From Hyphochytrium catenoides (taxonomy: Eukaryota > Protista > Hyphochytriomycota): a stretch of 64,000 nt of DNA. Made by a program: the position numbers and the translations under genes. This document shows positions 34,501 through 46,829 of this stretch, piece by piece. Every line of letters starts with the position of its first letter. The first letter of the stretch is position 1. The DNA lies in contig FLMG01002209.1 of the NCBI GenBank assembly GCA_900088475.1, positions 2,176-66,175 on the forward strand. Reading direction: 5' to 3'. The notes beneath the pieces are model-generated. The model did not search any database. It had not been told where the DNA came from and was given only the letters and a program-made list of their open reading frames with translations.

Positions 34501-37500
34501 AGGAGGAGAGAGAGATGATGGAGCGCAACTAGCTTCAGTTCCTAGCCAGTCGTTTCCGTCTCCATCAAAAATGAAGAAAGCCTATCCGACCGCGGTCATC
34601 ATGAAGCAGCTGCTCAAAGTGGTCAGAAGTATGAACCCACAGAAGAGAAAGGCGGAAAGTGCACCATCTGGTCAGGGGAAAGAAGGAGAGGAACCTGCTC
34701 TTAAGAAAAAGCTGAGCGAAAAAGAAAGCACGTCGTCTGCTTCCCTTCTTCCGACTGGACCTGCTCAAGAGGCTGGCCGTGGTAGCTCCATTGGCACTGC
34801 CACGGTCTCCTTGCCGGCTCTGTCCGCTCACAAAGAGATAGAGCCGAAGATGCTCAGCACTTTGCCAGTGCAGGTGCCTCCAAGGAGAGTGGGAGAGCTA
34901 GCGGAAACGGCGTTCCGATCTTGCGGCCTTGATGCTTCTATGGCTCCCAAACCCACCCAGTCTCTCCAATACCTCTTTCTAGCCTCCTCACTCTTTCATT
35001 TGGAAGCCGCGCTTCCTGCCGAAGCCTTTAAGGAAGGCAGATGGACGGACGGAGTGCGCATGGGTTGGACAGAAACAATTCTATCCTCCAACAGCAGCAG
35101 AATCCTCATGGAGGTAAGTCTGCGCACAAAGGGACCACTAGGTCTCCTAGCTACGAATATGAGAATCAACAAACACGACACGACAGCAGGAAAACCCAGG
35201 GGAAGTTGAAGAGAGAGAGAGAGAGAGAGAGAGAGCAGAGACAATAAAGTTAGAGGCCCTCAGCTGCCATTAGAGAGGGAGAGAGATCTCGTCAACCTGT
35301 CCTTTCTTTATCTGGGGACAGATTCTGACTGTATTCCGCTGCCTCCGTCTCTTACCCACATCTCAGATGCTGCTGGTGCTGGAGTCGGTCGTATCACGGG
35401 ATTACCTTGAGAACTGGTGGTTCCACTCCTACACGTCTCCAACTTCCGCCCTCAGACAAACAACCTTTGCCTCGGTAGCTTTGCGGCTTCAGACCTTTGA
35501 CCGCGCCCTCCAGTTCACTCGCGCGCCACCTAAGAAAAGATCTCTAGCCGCTCCGTCCTCTCTATCTATCACACCAGGACAAGCTGCAGAGCCAAAGGAA
35601 GAGAAGCGAGATGCAGGAGACTACTCGACCCTCCCTGCCGAGATCACACGAATCTTCGGGGAGTGGATGATGTCCGGTGACCACATAAAGCATCCTTTCC
35701 CCACTCAGCAGGTAAAATCGCATTAAATTATCGAATGGGAAACGAGTCGACAGTCAGAAGAGTGTAAGGGAAGGGGTAGCGAGAGACAGAGACGGCAAAT
35801 AGAAAGGTAGAGAACAAGAGAGAGAAAGAAAGAAAGGGAGAGAGATAATTGTTGAGAGGAGGAGAGAGAGAGAAGAAGAAGAGACGGGCAGATAGAGGGA
35901 GAGAGAGAGCGGGGGAGAGAGACAGAAAGAGGGGTGCGTAACCAAGTTTAGTGGTGCAAAAGAATGTTTTCCTAGTCATCTCTGTGCATGCCACGAGGTA
36001 ATCTTCTCTCACCCCCATCCCGTTCCCGCATGCTGAGGCTGGTAGAACATCTCCGTGCTAAAAGTTTTCTAATATTGCTTATATCCTTCCTCCTTCAAAA
36101 TGTAGGAGCTGCAAGACCTTGCTCGCTCGACGGGAGCCACGGTGCTACAGATTGAACGCTGGTTCCAGGACCACCGAGACTCCGTCTGGCGCCCTTTCCT
36201 CATTTCTGTCGCTTCCGACCCCTCCCTGAGAACCAAGGCAGAACGAGGCGGACTGGTGTCTATGCTGCACGGCAAAGAGGGCAAAGGAAAGAAGGTAAAG
36301 AGCTGCTCTACCTGTCACTATTCGGACGGGAGCCATTGTGTTGTCCAAGATCTAGTCAACGTCCTCATGCATCCGTCCTCCGTCATCCTTATACTGCCAC
36401 TTTGTGCAGGATAAGAAGGCGCCTCCGCGACGACCTTCTTATCAGAAGCTTGTCACTTCCTACGTCCTCCCTGCGGCGTCCTCGGACGGCACCATTATGG
36501 ATCGTCTGCTTTTTCTCCTTGAAAAGCTGATGAAAAATCCTTTGGCACCACCTTTCAACGAGCCAGTCGATCCAGAGTTAGTGCCGGGCTACCATCGCGT
36601 TATCAAAAGTCCTATGGACCTTGGGACGATAAAGAACAAGCTAACGTCTAAGGAATATAAGACCTACATGGTGAGGCCCTTGTCAGCAACTGGTCTTTGG
36701 TACTCATATTGTATATATCTAACCTCGGAACTGCCCGCACTTGAGGGCCCCTATCGGCCACTTCCACTCCATTCGTCTGTCCGACCTTACTCATGGCTGC
36801 TTCCGTCTCTACTTTAGGATGTGGTGGAGGATGTAGAGCTTGTCTGGAAGAATTGCTTCAAGTTCAACAAGCTCGGTTCGCCCATATACTCTATGGCAGA
36901 AAAGCTATCCGGTGCGGAAGCCGCTGTACTTCAATCCTTTCCTACATATCGCGTTCTATCACTGTTGCATTTTTCTATTTACTCGAGAGAACGTAGCTCC
37001 ATCCGCGCTTACCTCGTTCGTCATTTCAGCCTATCAGTCCTTCTTTCCGTCTCCACGTTGCGCTTACATCGTCCTAGAATCCCAATCTAACTGACTCTCG
37101 TTCGTGGCTCTCTCCCTCTGCAGCCATTTTTGACCGTCTTTGGGTGATGTGGATCTCGAGTGTAGAGCCTGGTACTCCTACCTCCTCCTTAGTGGAGGAC
37201 GACACCTGCGTCGTCTGCCGAAGCGCATCGGACACGCAAAATATTCTGCTCTGTGACCGCTGTGATGCGCACTATCACACATCCTGCCTTTCACCCCCAC
37301 TTACAGCGGTTCCAGAAGGAGATTGGTACTGTCCAGACTGCACAAAGCTTAAAATTAATGATGGAGAGGAGGGAACCGCAGCGGCCGAGCCCTCTTCAGC
37401 CGCAGCATCCTCAAATTCTGCCGAACCAGGTGTTGGAGAAGTGAAGGCAGAGAAGAAAGAGGGTGACACTGCTGAGGACAGTGTGACGATTGATGGAAAC

Positions 37501-37662
37501 ATTGTCTTACCTCTGGCGGTGCTTGAGAGTCTTCTCTCCATGAGACCGTCACGACTATGGGCTCGAGCGCGCTCTCTTGTTAAGCCTGCCGCCACGCCAA
37601 AGAAGGGCAGCGGCAGAAGAGAGAAGAGCGCTGGAGGCAAGGTAAAGCTGGATCAGCATTAG
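22540..37662 (+). CDS. ~4,000-aa MBD9/BAZ-like chromatin reader (MBD-like, FYRN, FYRC, DDT, bromo, PHD, WHIM1, PDZ-like, WHIM2/3, PDZ-like, MBD9-type C-terminal block, TALE-like homeodomain, bromo, PHD). About 16 exons: 22540-23310, 23567-23899, 24131-24239, 24415-24498, 24604-25739, 25910-28189, 28389-28462, 28626-30978, 31186-31788, 31971-32123, 32381-35113, 35367-35711, 36106-36294, 36410-36670, 36818-36911, 37124-37662
   Basis: MBD-like GWKAHF...YYLSPDKQRFTSSIEVLSYLGL; FYRN LGYIV...FHTEKNLFPVYYES; FYRC DGFGFSIPYVNSLLEGLPGA; DDT GELLSVLDFSHAF; two bromodomains (PFxEPVD...PMDL...WKNC..Y/FN); two C4HC3 PHD fingers; WHIM2 RTLPLGTDRKGSQYF. GT-AG junctions are phase-consistent; the modelled CDS is 12,057 nt, divisible by 3. 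Confidence 0.85.
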
Positions 37663-38130
37663 CGCTGCTGCCCCTCTGTTAGGCTTTAGGTTTATTTATT
37701 TTATCTTTCTCATTAGCTAAGAAGTGTACTTTAATGGACAATAACGTACTTTTACATTGCTCTTTACACGGAACGTCCTTCCTTTGTTTAACATCCTCAT
37801 TTTGTGTGAGAACTTGGTGTCCTAATGTCGCACGAGGGCGGGCTATGCGCTGATGGCACCCAGTCTCATCGTTTGTCCGTCTTCATATGTATCTCGGTAC
37901 TTTCCGGTTCCATGATATGGAGTTCGAGGAAAGGGCGGAGAGAGTCCATTCAATCGTCGGTATCCCAGAGAAGCCAAAGTTATGGGATTACTTCTGAGGA
38001 CATGGGTCGTTGAAGAGGAAAGGTGCAAGCATCGTCATATAGAACTTAGAGCAAGGGTTTTCGGTACTTTCTGTTGCCTTCTGTACGAAAGCATCCTCCT
38101 TGTGATCGTTCCGTACATATACTTTGCGTC

Positions 38131-41100
38131 TTAGTAGCGCCCGCTCGTCCGCTTCAACCTTTCCAGAGCTGCCAAAAAATGCCGACGAAGGACCTCCTTT
38201 GCACGAATGTCCTCCCTCAGAGCAACGAGAACCGATTCCCGAACCAGATTATCCAAGTCAGAACCAGAAAAGCCTAGAAAGCGGCAAGAGCACGGTACGA
38301 GACAGCGTCAGAACACGAGTGATAAAGAGCCTTTATGTCTTAGCCAAGAGACGAAGAGACGAGAACATGCAACGATGTCGACAGCAACAAACAAGGACCG
38401 TTTAACTGAATGCATTGGAGCGGCTCCCCTGACTTCCATTATCTTTTCCTTAGGCTTCAATACAATTTTGCTTACCGTTGGTCGCAGCAGCTAGTTCGGC
38501 CCCCAAATCTTCTCCAGCTGTTGAGCGGAGAGGTACCTTCTGAAGTTGCTTCCGCAGCAGAGCGGTGCGGGAGGACTCGGACGGGAGTGGAAGGAATAGG
38601 TGCTTCTCCAATCGCCTATGTGGCCAATATAAACGGACGGAATCAAAAGTCAACAACGATCGGGAATGGAACGAGACGACAGACGGTACTGGGGGATATT
38701 TTGCAGAAGCACAGCAATATATAAAGAGTGACGCTGGAGAGATAGTAGATAACATGGAGGACGCATGAAAGGTAAGACCATAAGAGGAGGAGGCACCACA
38801 AGAGACAAGGATCAAGGGCTACTCGTTACTCCGTACCCGGGCCTCAAGATGGCGGAGTCAAGAAGAGAAATATGGGTTGTGGCTGCGATAATTATAACTG
38901 GCTTTTTATCTTCCCCTGCTCTGTCTCTCCCTATGCCATCCATCTCTGTCAGCAGAGTGCTCAAAAGACGTTCAACGCTTCGTTCAGTAGAGCTGTCGCT
39001 GCCTCGACGAGCAGCCAGCGATTCGACCTGACAGAGCAGGGATAGGATTAAGGTGGACCACAAAGTGCAGAAGGCAGGGTACAGAGAGAAAAAGCATACG
39101 TTAAGTGAGCGCAAATGACTGAGAGAGAAAAAATTAGCCACAAAAGAAGTGAAGACGACCGGGATATTGTCTAGTACGTGACTGTTATGTGATGGCTGCC
39201 TATAGAGAGGTGGAGACGGTAGAACCAAGAGGAGAACAGTCTACATAGAATAAGGGCAGAGACAAAAGGAAGGGCAGATATCTCCTGGGCCTTACCTGGT
39301 CGAGGAAGAGAATGCAAGGCGCCGACTCTCTGGCTGCTCTGAAGACTCTTCGAAGCCTCTCTTCCGCCTCTCCCAGCACCTTAGAGAGCACCTGGGCGCA
39401 AGGTAGAGAGAGAAGGGTGGCGAAGCCTCTGAGCTCTTGCCCCAAAGCTCGGAGGAGGAATGACTTGCCACAGCCTGAGGGCCCGTGGAGCAAGATACCA
39501 CGGGGCGGACGGATCCCTAGGCGTTTATAGGCACTGCATAAGGAGGAAACAAGAGAGAGACAATAGCGATGAAGGGAAAGGAGCCATTAGAGGAAGAGTA
39601 CCAAGAGTAGATCCGTAGTACTGGGGATTCGTCAAGCCTGAAGATGCTTTTCCACTTGAAGAAGACGACTAAGTAGCAGGGGCATTGAGTCAACAGGAAA
39701 GTATCCAAAGCCTTAGCGAGGTGCCGAAGATAGGTTGAGGACCTCTGATGGCCTGGCCTTTTGCCCTCTGGGTTCATCCCTTTTTAGCTATCTTTCTCTC
39801 TCAATCTCTCCCATTTATCGGTAAGAGGTGTGTCTCTCTTCCCATCCTCTTGACACATTATTTCACTCACCTGGGCTGCTTAAGTGGAAGGAGAAGAGAG
39901 AAGGAAAGCTCCTCAATGACCTTATCTAATCCCACCACATCCGAGAGGACAGGGCCGTCCCGTTCCTTTTGCACCAAGTCTCCAACGTCACTCAGGGTAC
40001 TGGGGCGCTCTAAACCTGATAACGCTTCCACAATTACTCCTGCAGACATGCGGAGACTCTCGTTGTCCTCTCCCATCTTTTCCCCTTGAGAGAGAGAAGC
40101 AGAAAGAGTCTTCATGCAGATAATACGACAAAGATTTTCCAGGTCAGCGGGAACACAGCCCGTGGTTCTATCCGCGAGCCAACTAGCCACGGTCTCTTCG
40201 TCTTTGCCATCCTCGTTGCCACCCATTTTGTCTGTCTTCAATTGAAGCGGAAGAACGAGACTCTTGTCGTCAAGTTTAAGATCCGATACTGACGGCAAAG
40301 GAGAAGCAAATGAGAGGGAAAGTAGATGCTGGAAGATATCTCTTCTTCCTTCTCGATCGGGTGCTTGCAATTCCAGATGGCAGTCCAAACGGCCTGGGCG
40401 AAGGAGAGCACTATCCACATTCTCTAGTCGGGCAGTCGTCGCTGGCCCAGAGAAGCAGAGGATAGATTAGAGGTACCAGGTCAAGGTGACGGGCAGAGAG
40501 TGAAACGATGTGAGTCCGTCTCTTCCAGGCAAGCCACCTAATTGAAGCACCAGAAAGCGGTCGAAGTGGCAGACAGAGAAATGATAGGAATACGCCTTGA
40601 AAAGCAGCAAATCACCAGAGACGAGGCTTGCGGACCAATTATACTTTGAGGGGAACAGAGCGTTAAAGGGCGAGAGAGAAGCTTCCTGCACTTACCAATA
40701 ACAAATAACCGGGGGTTAGCCCGGTATGCCGCGTCGATAAACTCGGCGACGCTCACAGAAAGGCGAGCCAGCCAAGGAGACTTGCGCGTTACAGTCTCAC
40801 CTGGTGCTGCAATAATGACACCAATTAGCTCGAATAACTGAATGGTGATGACGACGAAAGCACGTAGGTTGAGAGATATGAGAACTGCCAGATGGTGACT
40901 TCCTCCTCTTCGAGTTAGAATATGCAAGGCCGCCACACCTCAGACAAGTGCGAAGGCAAAAGGAATGGGAGAGCTGAGGGAAATGAGCATTACAAGTGCA
41001 TCCGAAGCATAACGATAAGAGCGCAAGGTAAGTGCATTCCTAGGAATGACCCAATTCTGTGTCCGCACCAAGTGCCTCAAGGTCGTCTACTAATAACAGA

Positions 41101-42030
41101 CACGGTCCCTCACAAGCCCTGATAAATATTCTATGAAGCTCAGCTTCTGTCTGGCCCTGCACATAGGCCATGGTCAGCATTAACAGAAAAAAAGCGTGGC
41201 CCGCAAAGAAGTGGCAATGGAAAGAAAGGCTTGCTTTAAGGAAGTCGCAAGTCGTAAGAAGCAAGAAACAAGGAGCTACATAACCGGAAAAAGAGAGTTC
41301 AAGGTACGGGAGGTGGCGTCTGGTTAAGAGAAAGGAAGAGAGAGCTGGGTCATGAGGACAAAGGAGAGGTGTCAGCTTGTCCAAGCGCATCGACGAGCCT
41401 ACCAAGTTAACTCGGAAAAGCGCCGGTGAGTCAATGAGGTGACAGGGAAGACCGCACAGGTCTCGCAGTGTCTTAACAATGAAAGTCTTTCCTGTCCCGT
41501 GGCCGCCGTAAAGCACCACTCCTAGAATGAACGTGAGGCAACATATCAGAGACGAATGAATGAGACGAGGAGACAGACCACCAGAGAGAGGGACCTACAG
41601 AGAGAGAGAGAGACCTAGTGAGTGAAAGAGGCACCATAATTATGTATTGAAAGAGCATCCATGTGTAGAGGTTTCACGGATATTACGCTGTTGGACTACC
41701 CCCAAATGTGGTGCACTAGGAAAGTCCTCACAGGCACACAGCTAGGTTCAAATAGGCGAAAGAGACAGAGGAAGGAAAGAAACAGAGAGCGAGACAGAAA
41801 AGAGGAGGACATGATAGCACAGTTGCAGAAACAAACAAAATGACGCAGCAGCAACCTTTTTTTTCTGGAAAGAGAGAGCCTCTCTCGTCGTCATCGCCTG
41901 CCTCCCAACATCTTGCCAGCAACCCCACCAATCGTCGCAAGAGCTCATCTGCCCCGATAACCCTTTTGAGAAGAGCAGCTAGTAGATCGTCTCTTCCCCT
42001 CCATAGAGACGCTGCCTGACGCTCTTCCAT
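38131..42030 (-). CDS. Two-ring CDC48/AFG2(SPATA5)-like AAA+ ATPase, multi-exon; 5' end uncertain
   Basis: D1: VLYGGHGTGKT, LLVDDLE, DSALLRPGRLD. D2: GILLHGPSGCGKS, GEAEERLRRVFRAARESAPCILFLDQ, LLSTLLTEMDG, LDSAILRPGRL, GFSGSDL. Stop TAA at 38133-38131; GT-AG exons join in phase. Confidence 0.85.
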
Positions 42031-42454
42031 TATCTCAACACATCCACTAGGAGCAAGAGTAAAGAAAAACTGTTTCAACTCTTCTAAGGAAGAACCTGGA
42101 CTTTGCCTCTCGTCTTCTGGAAGAGAAACAGAGAGAAGATGCGGGCTGTTGAACCAATAAACGACAAGGAAGCAGCCATCCCAAAGCTGCCGGCCTGCAA
42201 GCAGCTGCAGAGGGCAATAAACTTAAACGTCTACAGAGGACAAACTTGACAGAGTCAAAGCAACAGATATCCTCGAAGAAGAAATATGAAGGGAAGTCCG
42301 TGGGTTCGCTCACAATAGGAGATAAAGAACAGTGAAGAGGTGTTCAGAAGCGCTTCGAAATCTTAGGTGAGCCAGACATAAGCGCCGCATGGGGGAGCAA
42401 GGTATCGGCGAGAGGATGGGAACAGGAAAACCAGAGGTCAAGGGTAACGTCACG

Positions 42455-43405
42455 TCAGTAGGGCCGCGTTACCTTCGGAATCAGCTTTGCAATCGCCTGA
42501 TAGCTAGCCTTGACCTGATCTCTGCTCTCTTCATCCGCAGTTCCGTCTAGCTCCTTGAGCAGCTTGATGCTAAGACGGTCAACCACTCGAAGTGGCGCCT
42601 GTTCAGCTGGCAGGTGAACAACCTCAAGCTCGACGGTTTGTTCCGCGTTGATTAGTTTCTCCATTACGTCTTTGCTCTCCTTCGGAAAGTTGGCGTTTAG
42701 AATGTACTCTAACACCTGCAGGAAGGTAGGCGAGGCTAGCACTGATGCTGGCCGTTCGCTCACCGCCGGTGGAGGTCGATAGTATCGCATAGAGAAGATG
42801 CAAGTCATCTTATCAAGGGGAAGACGGAGAAAGGGGTCGGCAGTGGGGGAAGACGCCATCAACCGGATCCCTCTGATGCGGCAATATTCCATTCCCAATG
42901 GTCTCGGATGACAGTCCACCGCCGAGATAACGGGGAGGGAGAGAAAAGGCGACACGACGATGGTATCGTCGTCTGGGCTCCATGAAGGCCCCTTTCCAGG
43001 CGGAGATACGAGAAGTTTAGCCACCAAAATGTCATCCATGTCTGCGATTTATATCGCCTGTCACCACTATTTGTTGGTCCTCGACCACCGCGTTCCTGGC
43101 GAACGGTGCACCGCATAGACGAAGAGCATGCCTTGAGAGAATAGTGCCTTATCTAAGCCGTAAGGATTCAAACCTACGCCAGAGGCTCTCTGCGAGCTAC
43201 GTCTCCCCGAGGTGGCAGCGCTGAGCTGGAGGTTCTTGAGCTGGCCTTGAGCTCCGGCTTGGAGGCTGACGAGGACGAACTCTCAGGCCTCTTCTCTTTG
43301 CTCTTTATCTCTATCGGCAAGGGCTTCTGATTGATACTGGTAGCTGAGCGTTTCAATGTATTTATAGTAGCGGCTAACGCCTCCTGTGTACTTTCCAAGG
43401 GAACT
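42455..43405 (-). CDS. Uncharacterised coding exons, possibly the N-terminal region of the AAA ATPase
   Basis: A 194-aa protein-like ORF (42455-43039) with a GTAACG donor after ...KLIPK, plus a Ser/Lys-rich ORF at 43174-43398. Same strand as, and only ~400 nt from, the AAA exon at 42030. No recognised domain. Confidence 0.5.
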
Positions 43406-43616
43406 AAAGACGAGAAAGAAGGCAGCCACAGCCAGCCTCAGCAGCACCACTGCACAGTCCTTTGCCCTTGAATGATAATAATGGTTCAAAAATATGACTA
43501 AAGGACCGTGAAGTGAGCAAGAATAAAAGACAGAGGAGGCGAAAGAAAGAGGAGAGGGATTTACACTTCTTGCCGGAAAGAGACAAGCGAAGGTGCTTAC
43601 GGAGTTCCGTTCAAGA

Positions 43617-43699
43617 AGAGTCACATTGCTGCTATCGGAAGCGGTTTTCGCTATCCTTATTCGGACGCCGACCAGAGTCACATTGCTGCTATCGGAAGG
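43617..43699. repeat. 25-bp direct repeat AGAGTCACATTGCTGCTATCGGAAG x2, period 57
   Basis: Copies start at 43617 and 43674. Confidence 0.85.
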
Positions 43700-46494
43700 A
43701 ACGAGTCTGACGCTCTGGCAGGGACGAAGTCTACCTTTCCGATCTGTCCGACCGATTTGGTGGGGTCTCTTCAGGTACGTCTGATAATGGCGGGACCTCA
43801 CGACCTCTGGAGCTAGCGAGGTAAAGGAGCTGCTTTACAAGTTGTCATATATGGTTTCATTCGCAGAACGTCCTCTCAAACGTACTTCTTACGACTGCAG
43901 GTGCGTCCAGTCCAGTGGCAGGTGATCAGACAACGTTGGGGAATGACGAGGGGCCGGATGACAGTGCCGCTGAGAGTCCCCCAGTGGAAATTGAGTCGTG
44001 GGCCACCTTGGCATCTTTCTGTCGTGCTACCTCGTTCCGCGCGTGGCTCTTGTTGTCTGCCGTGTCATCAGATCACCCACTCCCTTCATCCTACGTACTT
44101 TATCGTCTTTTCTTGACCAGTCTCCTTTCTGTGTGTCTGCCTGGCCCTACCCCTCCTTGCCTTTCACAAGCTAGCTTTGCATCCAACTTATACCTCTTAG
44201 CCCGCGCTCTTTATCGACTCACATCCGCCCCGTGCATACTTGATCATTGATTCTTGCCTTCTTCCCGCTGTTTAGACGTTCGTACAAGTGGTGAGACCAT
44301 ACCATTGGCTGCGTGGCAGCTCTGTCCTTGACTCGCCTGTCATCCTTCTGCATATCTTTTATATATAGTAGAGTTCTCTCCTTCTCGTCGAACAACTGAA
44401 ATACTCATGGTGACAGTAGTAGTACACAGCCCTTGGGGACAGTTCTAACTGAGTAGCTGTGGATTTCTTTCTATCTTGTCTAGTAGTAGATGTTGTTCCT
44501 AGCTCTCCGAAGGCCACATCCAGGTCCTAACTGTCCAGACTCGATCAAAGCTAGAAAGGAAGGGAAAAAACTACTACCATGGAGAAATTCTATACTTTTA
44601 GCATTTGTCCTCATTCGTTAACAGGCATCACATCTGTTTGTCATCATCATGAAGAGGGAGCAGCTCATTATCACGCTCTGGGTCCTCATTTTGGCTATTG
44701 GTGGAGTAAAAAGAACTGCGATGGAACATCTTGCTTCCTTGCCATTTTGCAAACCTAGAAAAACCACTTTTTTACATTCTTCCCTCTGATGATGAGATGA
44801 TGATGAGCTCCAAGGCAGACGCCTGTAGATGGGTGACGAGTAGGCAGTCACCATCGACCGGACGGAACCTCTCCACATCGCGTCAAATCTGCATCGGGAC
44901 CGCCATTTTCCAACGGTGCCGGGTGGCTTATCCATGCTGGCCTTATTGCCAGGTGTTGCCGAGACACCAGGGTCAGTCTCGTCCGTTTTTCGCTCTGCCG
45001 AGTAGTGTACTCTTCATGCTCGTGTATTGGCTTCTTCCATCGATAAGGGGTTACATTAGTAACGGATAAAATCTGTCTTGAGACTTGAAGCCCACAGCTT
45101 GAAAGGATAATGAGACTGTCAAACATAAACCCACGAAAAAAACTGGTCAAACCCAGGAGTGAATAAAAGAAAAAAGCAGAAGAAGTTAGAGGTTTGGTTT
45201 TCAAGAGTAGAGATTAGGTTTTATAGAGGCAACCAAGGAGGGGATTTTGAGAAAAAGAAATGAGGTAAAATGCAGCTTTGGACTAGGCCTTAAATTTTAT
45301 TGTGTCTCTCTTTTTCATGCAGCTTTGTGAATGGAAGACTTTTAGGCTGTCCACATAAAAGCGAGCTCATTTCTTCATAAAAAATTACGGTCTACCTGGA
45401 GTAATAATACAGGGCAATGCCTTCCGAAGCTTTTGCCAAATCCCCGAGTCTAGTTCCTATCTCTTCCTCTCAGTGGTCCCCTCTATACAACAGAGAGGAA
45501 AGTGAAGGAAGAACTTTGGAGTCCAAAGGCTTCTGCCTTTGTTTGGTACAGACTTTGGCTCTCTTTTATAGAATACGCTCCGGCTTGGTCTTGAAGTTCT
45601 ATGGCTCGTGTGAGATGACTCCTCAACGTCTGTTGTGGATAGAGGCAAGGCCAAGACCAAACCGTGCTACGTCCACTGTCTCTGTGTGACCATACTTGAT
45701 GATGATGATGATGCGCTCCTGTCAAGGCTGCTCTCTCTGCCGCTAATGACTTGGTATCTCCACCACTGGGTATCTCTACGAGTTCCTACCTGTCTCGGCT
45801 ATCTCTGTCTCTATCTTTTTTCCTCCTCTCTGTCTTCCTTCAAACCGAGGTGGATGACCAACAACCTTTCCCTCACCTACGCTGCGGCGTGATCATACCT
45901 TTTGATGGTGCTTCCGGTTCATCCTTTTGTCCATGTACATCAATATATAGTCCCTTCAAAATGTGTGTCGAGGAAGTGACATGCAGGAGGCTATGATTCG
46001 TGCCTCTCATGGCCCTAGGAGTGTGGGGAAGTATCTGGATGAGCAAAGCTTTGCCAAAGGCCGTTAGTTTTATTAGCAGAAAGGGAGAACGATGTGCTTT
46101 CTCCCTGGTGCTGAGTGGAACCCACCCATCGAAACCTTACCTTTCTGCCCTCTTTCGTTCCGCTTGCAGTGGTTCCAACCCGATCCACATCTTCCTGGGC
46201 TCGTGGCTTCCTTTTTTTTGTCTATTCTTTTCCTCCTCGACCCTCACCTCTGTATCTTCTTAACTCTGGTGTTTGGGTCCAGTAGGCACTCTGTCTTCCC
46301 TTCACTTGTCTCTCCTCGTTTTATGATGGCGGGCCTAGCTGTAATAGTACGCTACACAGTTGTAGTTTCTCAGGCTTTGCAGCACTGGCTGTAGGAGTAG
46401 TAATACCAGGCGGGATGACACGCGGCCCTGATTCCAACCACAAGAGGGGCCGTTGAAACCACAGACGCCCGTTTCTCTCTCTCTCTCTCTCACA

Positions 46495-46531
<37 letters not shown>

Positions 46532-46829
46532 TCTCTCTCTCTCTCTCTTGCTCACTTCCTTTCCCTCTCTCTCTTCTGTTCTGTTGTTTCTCTTCCTCTC
46601 CCTATTGTCCCTGTCCGCTCTTTGTCAGCAAAGAGGGGAGAAAAGTGCTCACTGTCAACGGCATCGTTCAGCGTCTCTCCCACTTGCTTGTCTCTTGCGC
46701 TTTCTCTCTTCATGCTCGAGCTCAATCAAAGGCAGACAGCCTCATCATTTTCCATCATCGTTGTCAGCAGCAAGCCACTATTTTTGAGCTTAGACGGAGA
46801 CNNNNNNNNNNNTGCTCTCCCTCCCACAG

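Noticed and set aside
36081-36088. ATATCCTT, a U12 AT donor motif
   Set aside because: It sits in the pyrimidine tract of a normal GT-AG intron; using it would destroy the homeodomain exon.
43617-43699. 25-bp repeat pair with a 32-nt spacer (CRISPR-like geometry)
   Set aside because: Only two copies, eukaryotic context and no cas genes; a simple local duplication.
44250-46450. Short ORFs or a possible ncRNA/transposase in the AAA-ACSBG interval
   Set aside because: No recognisable motif, terminal repeats or RNA family signature.
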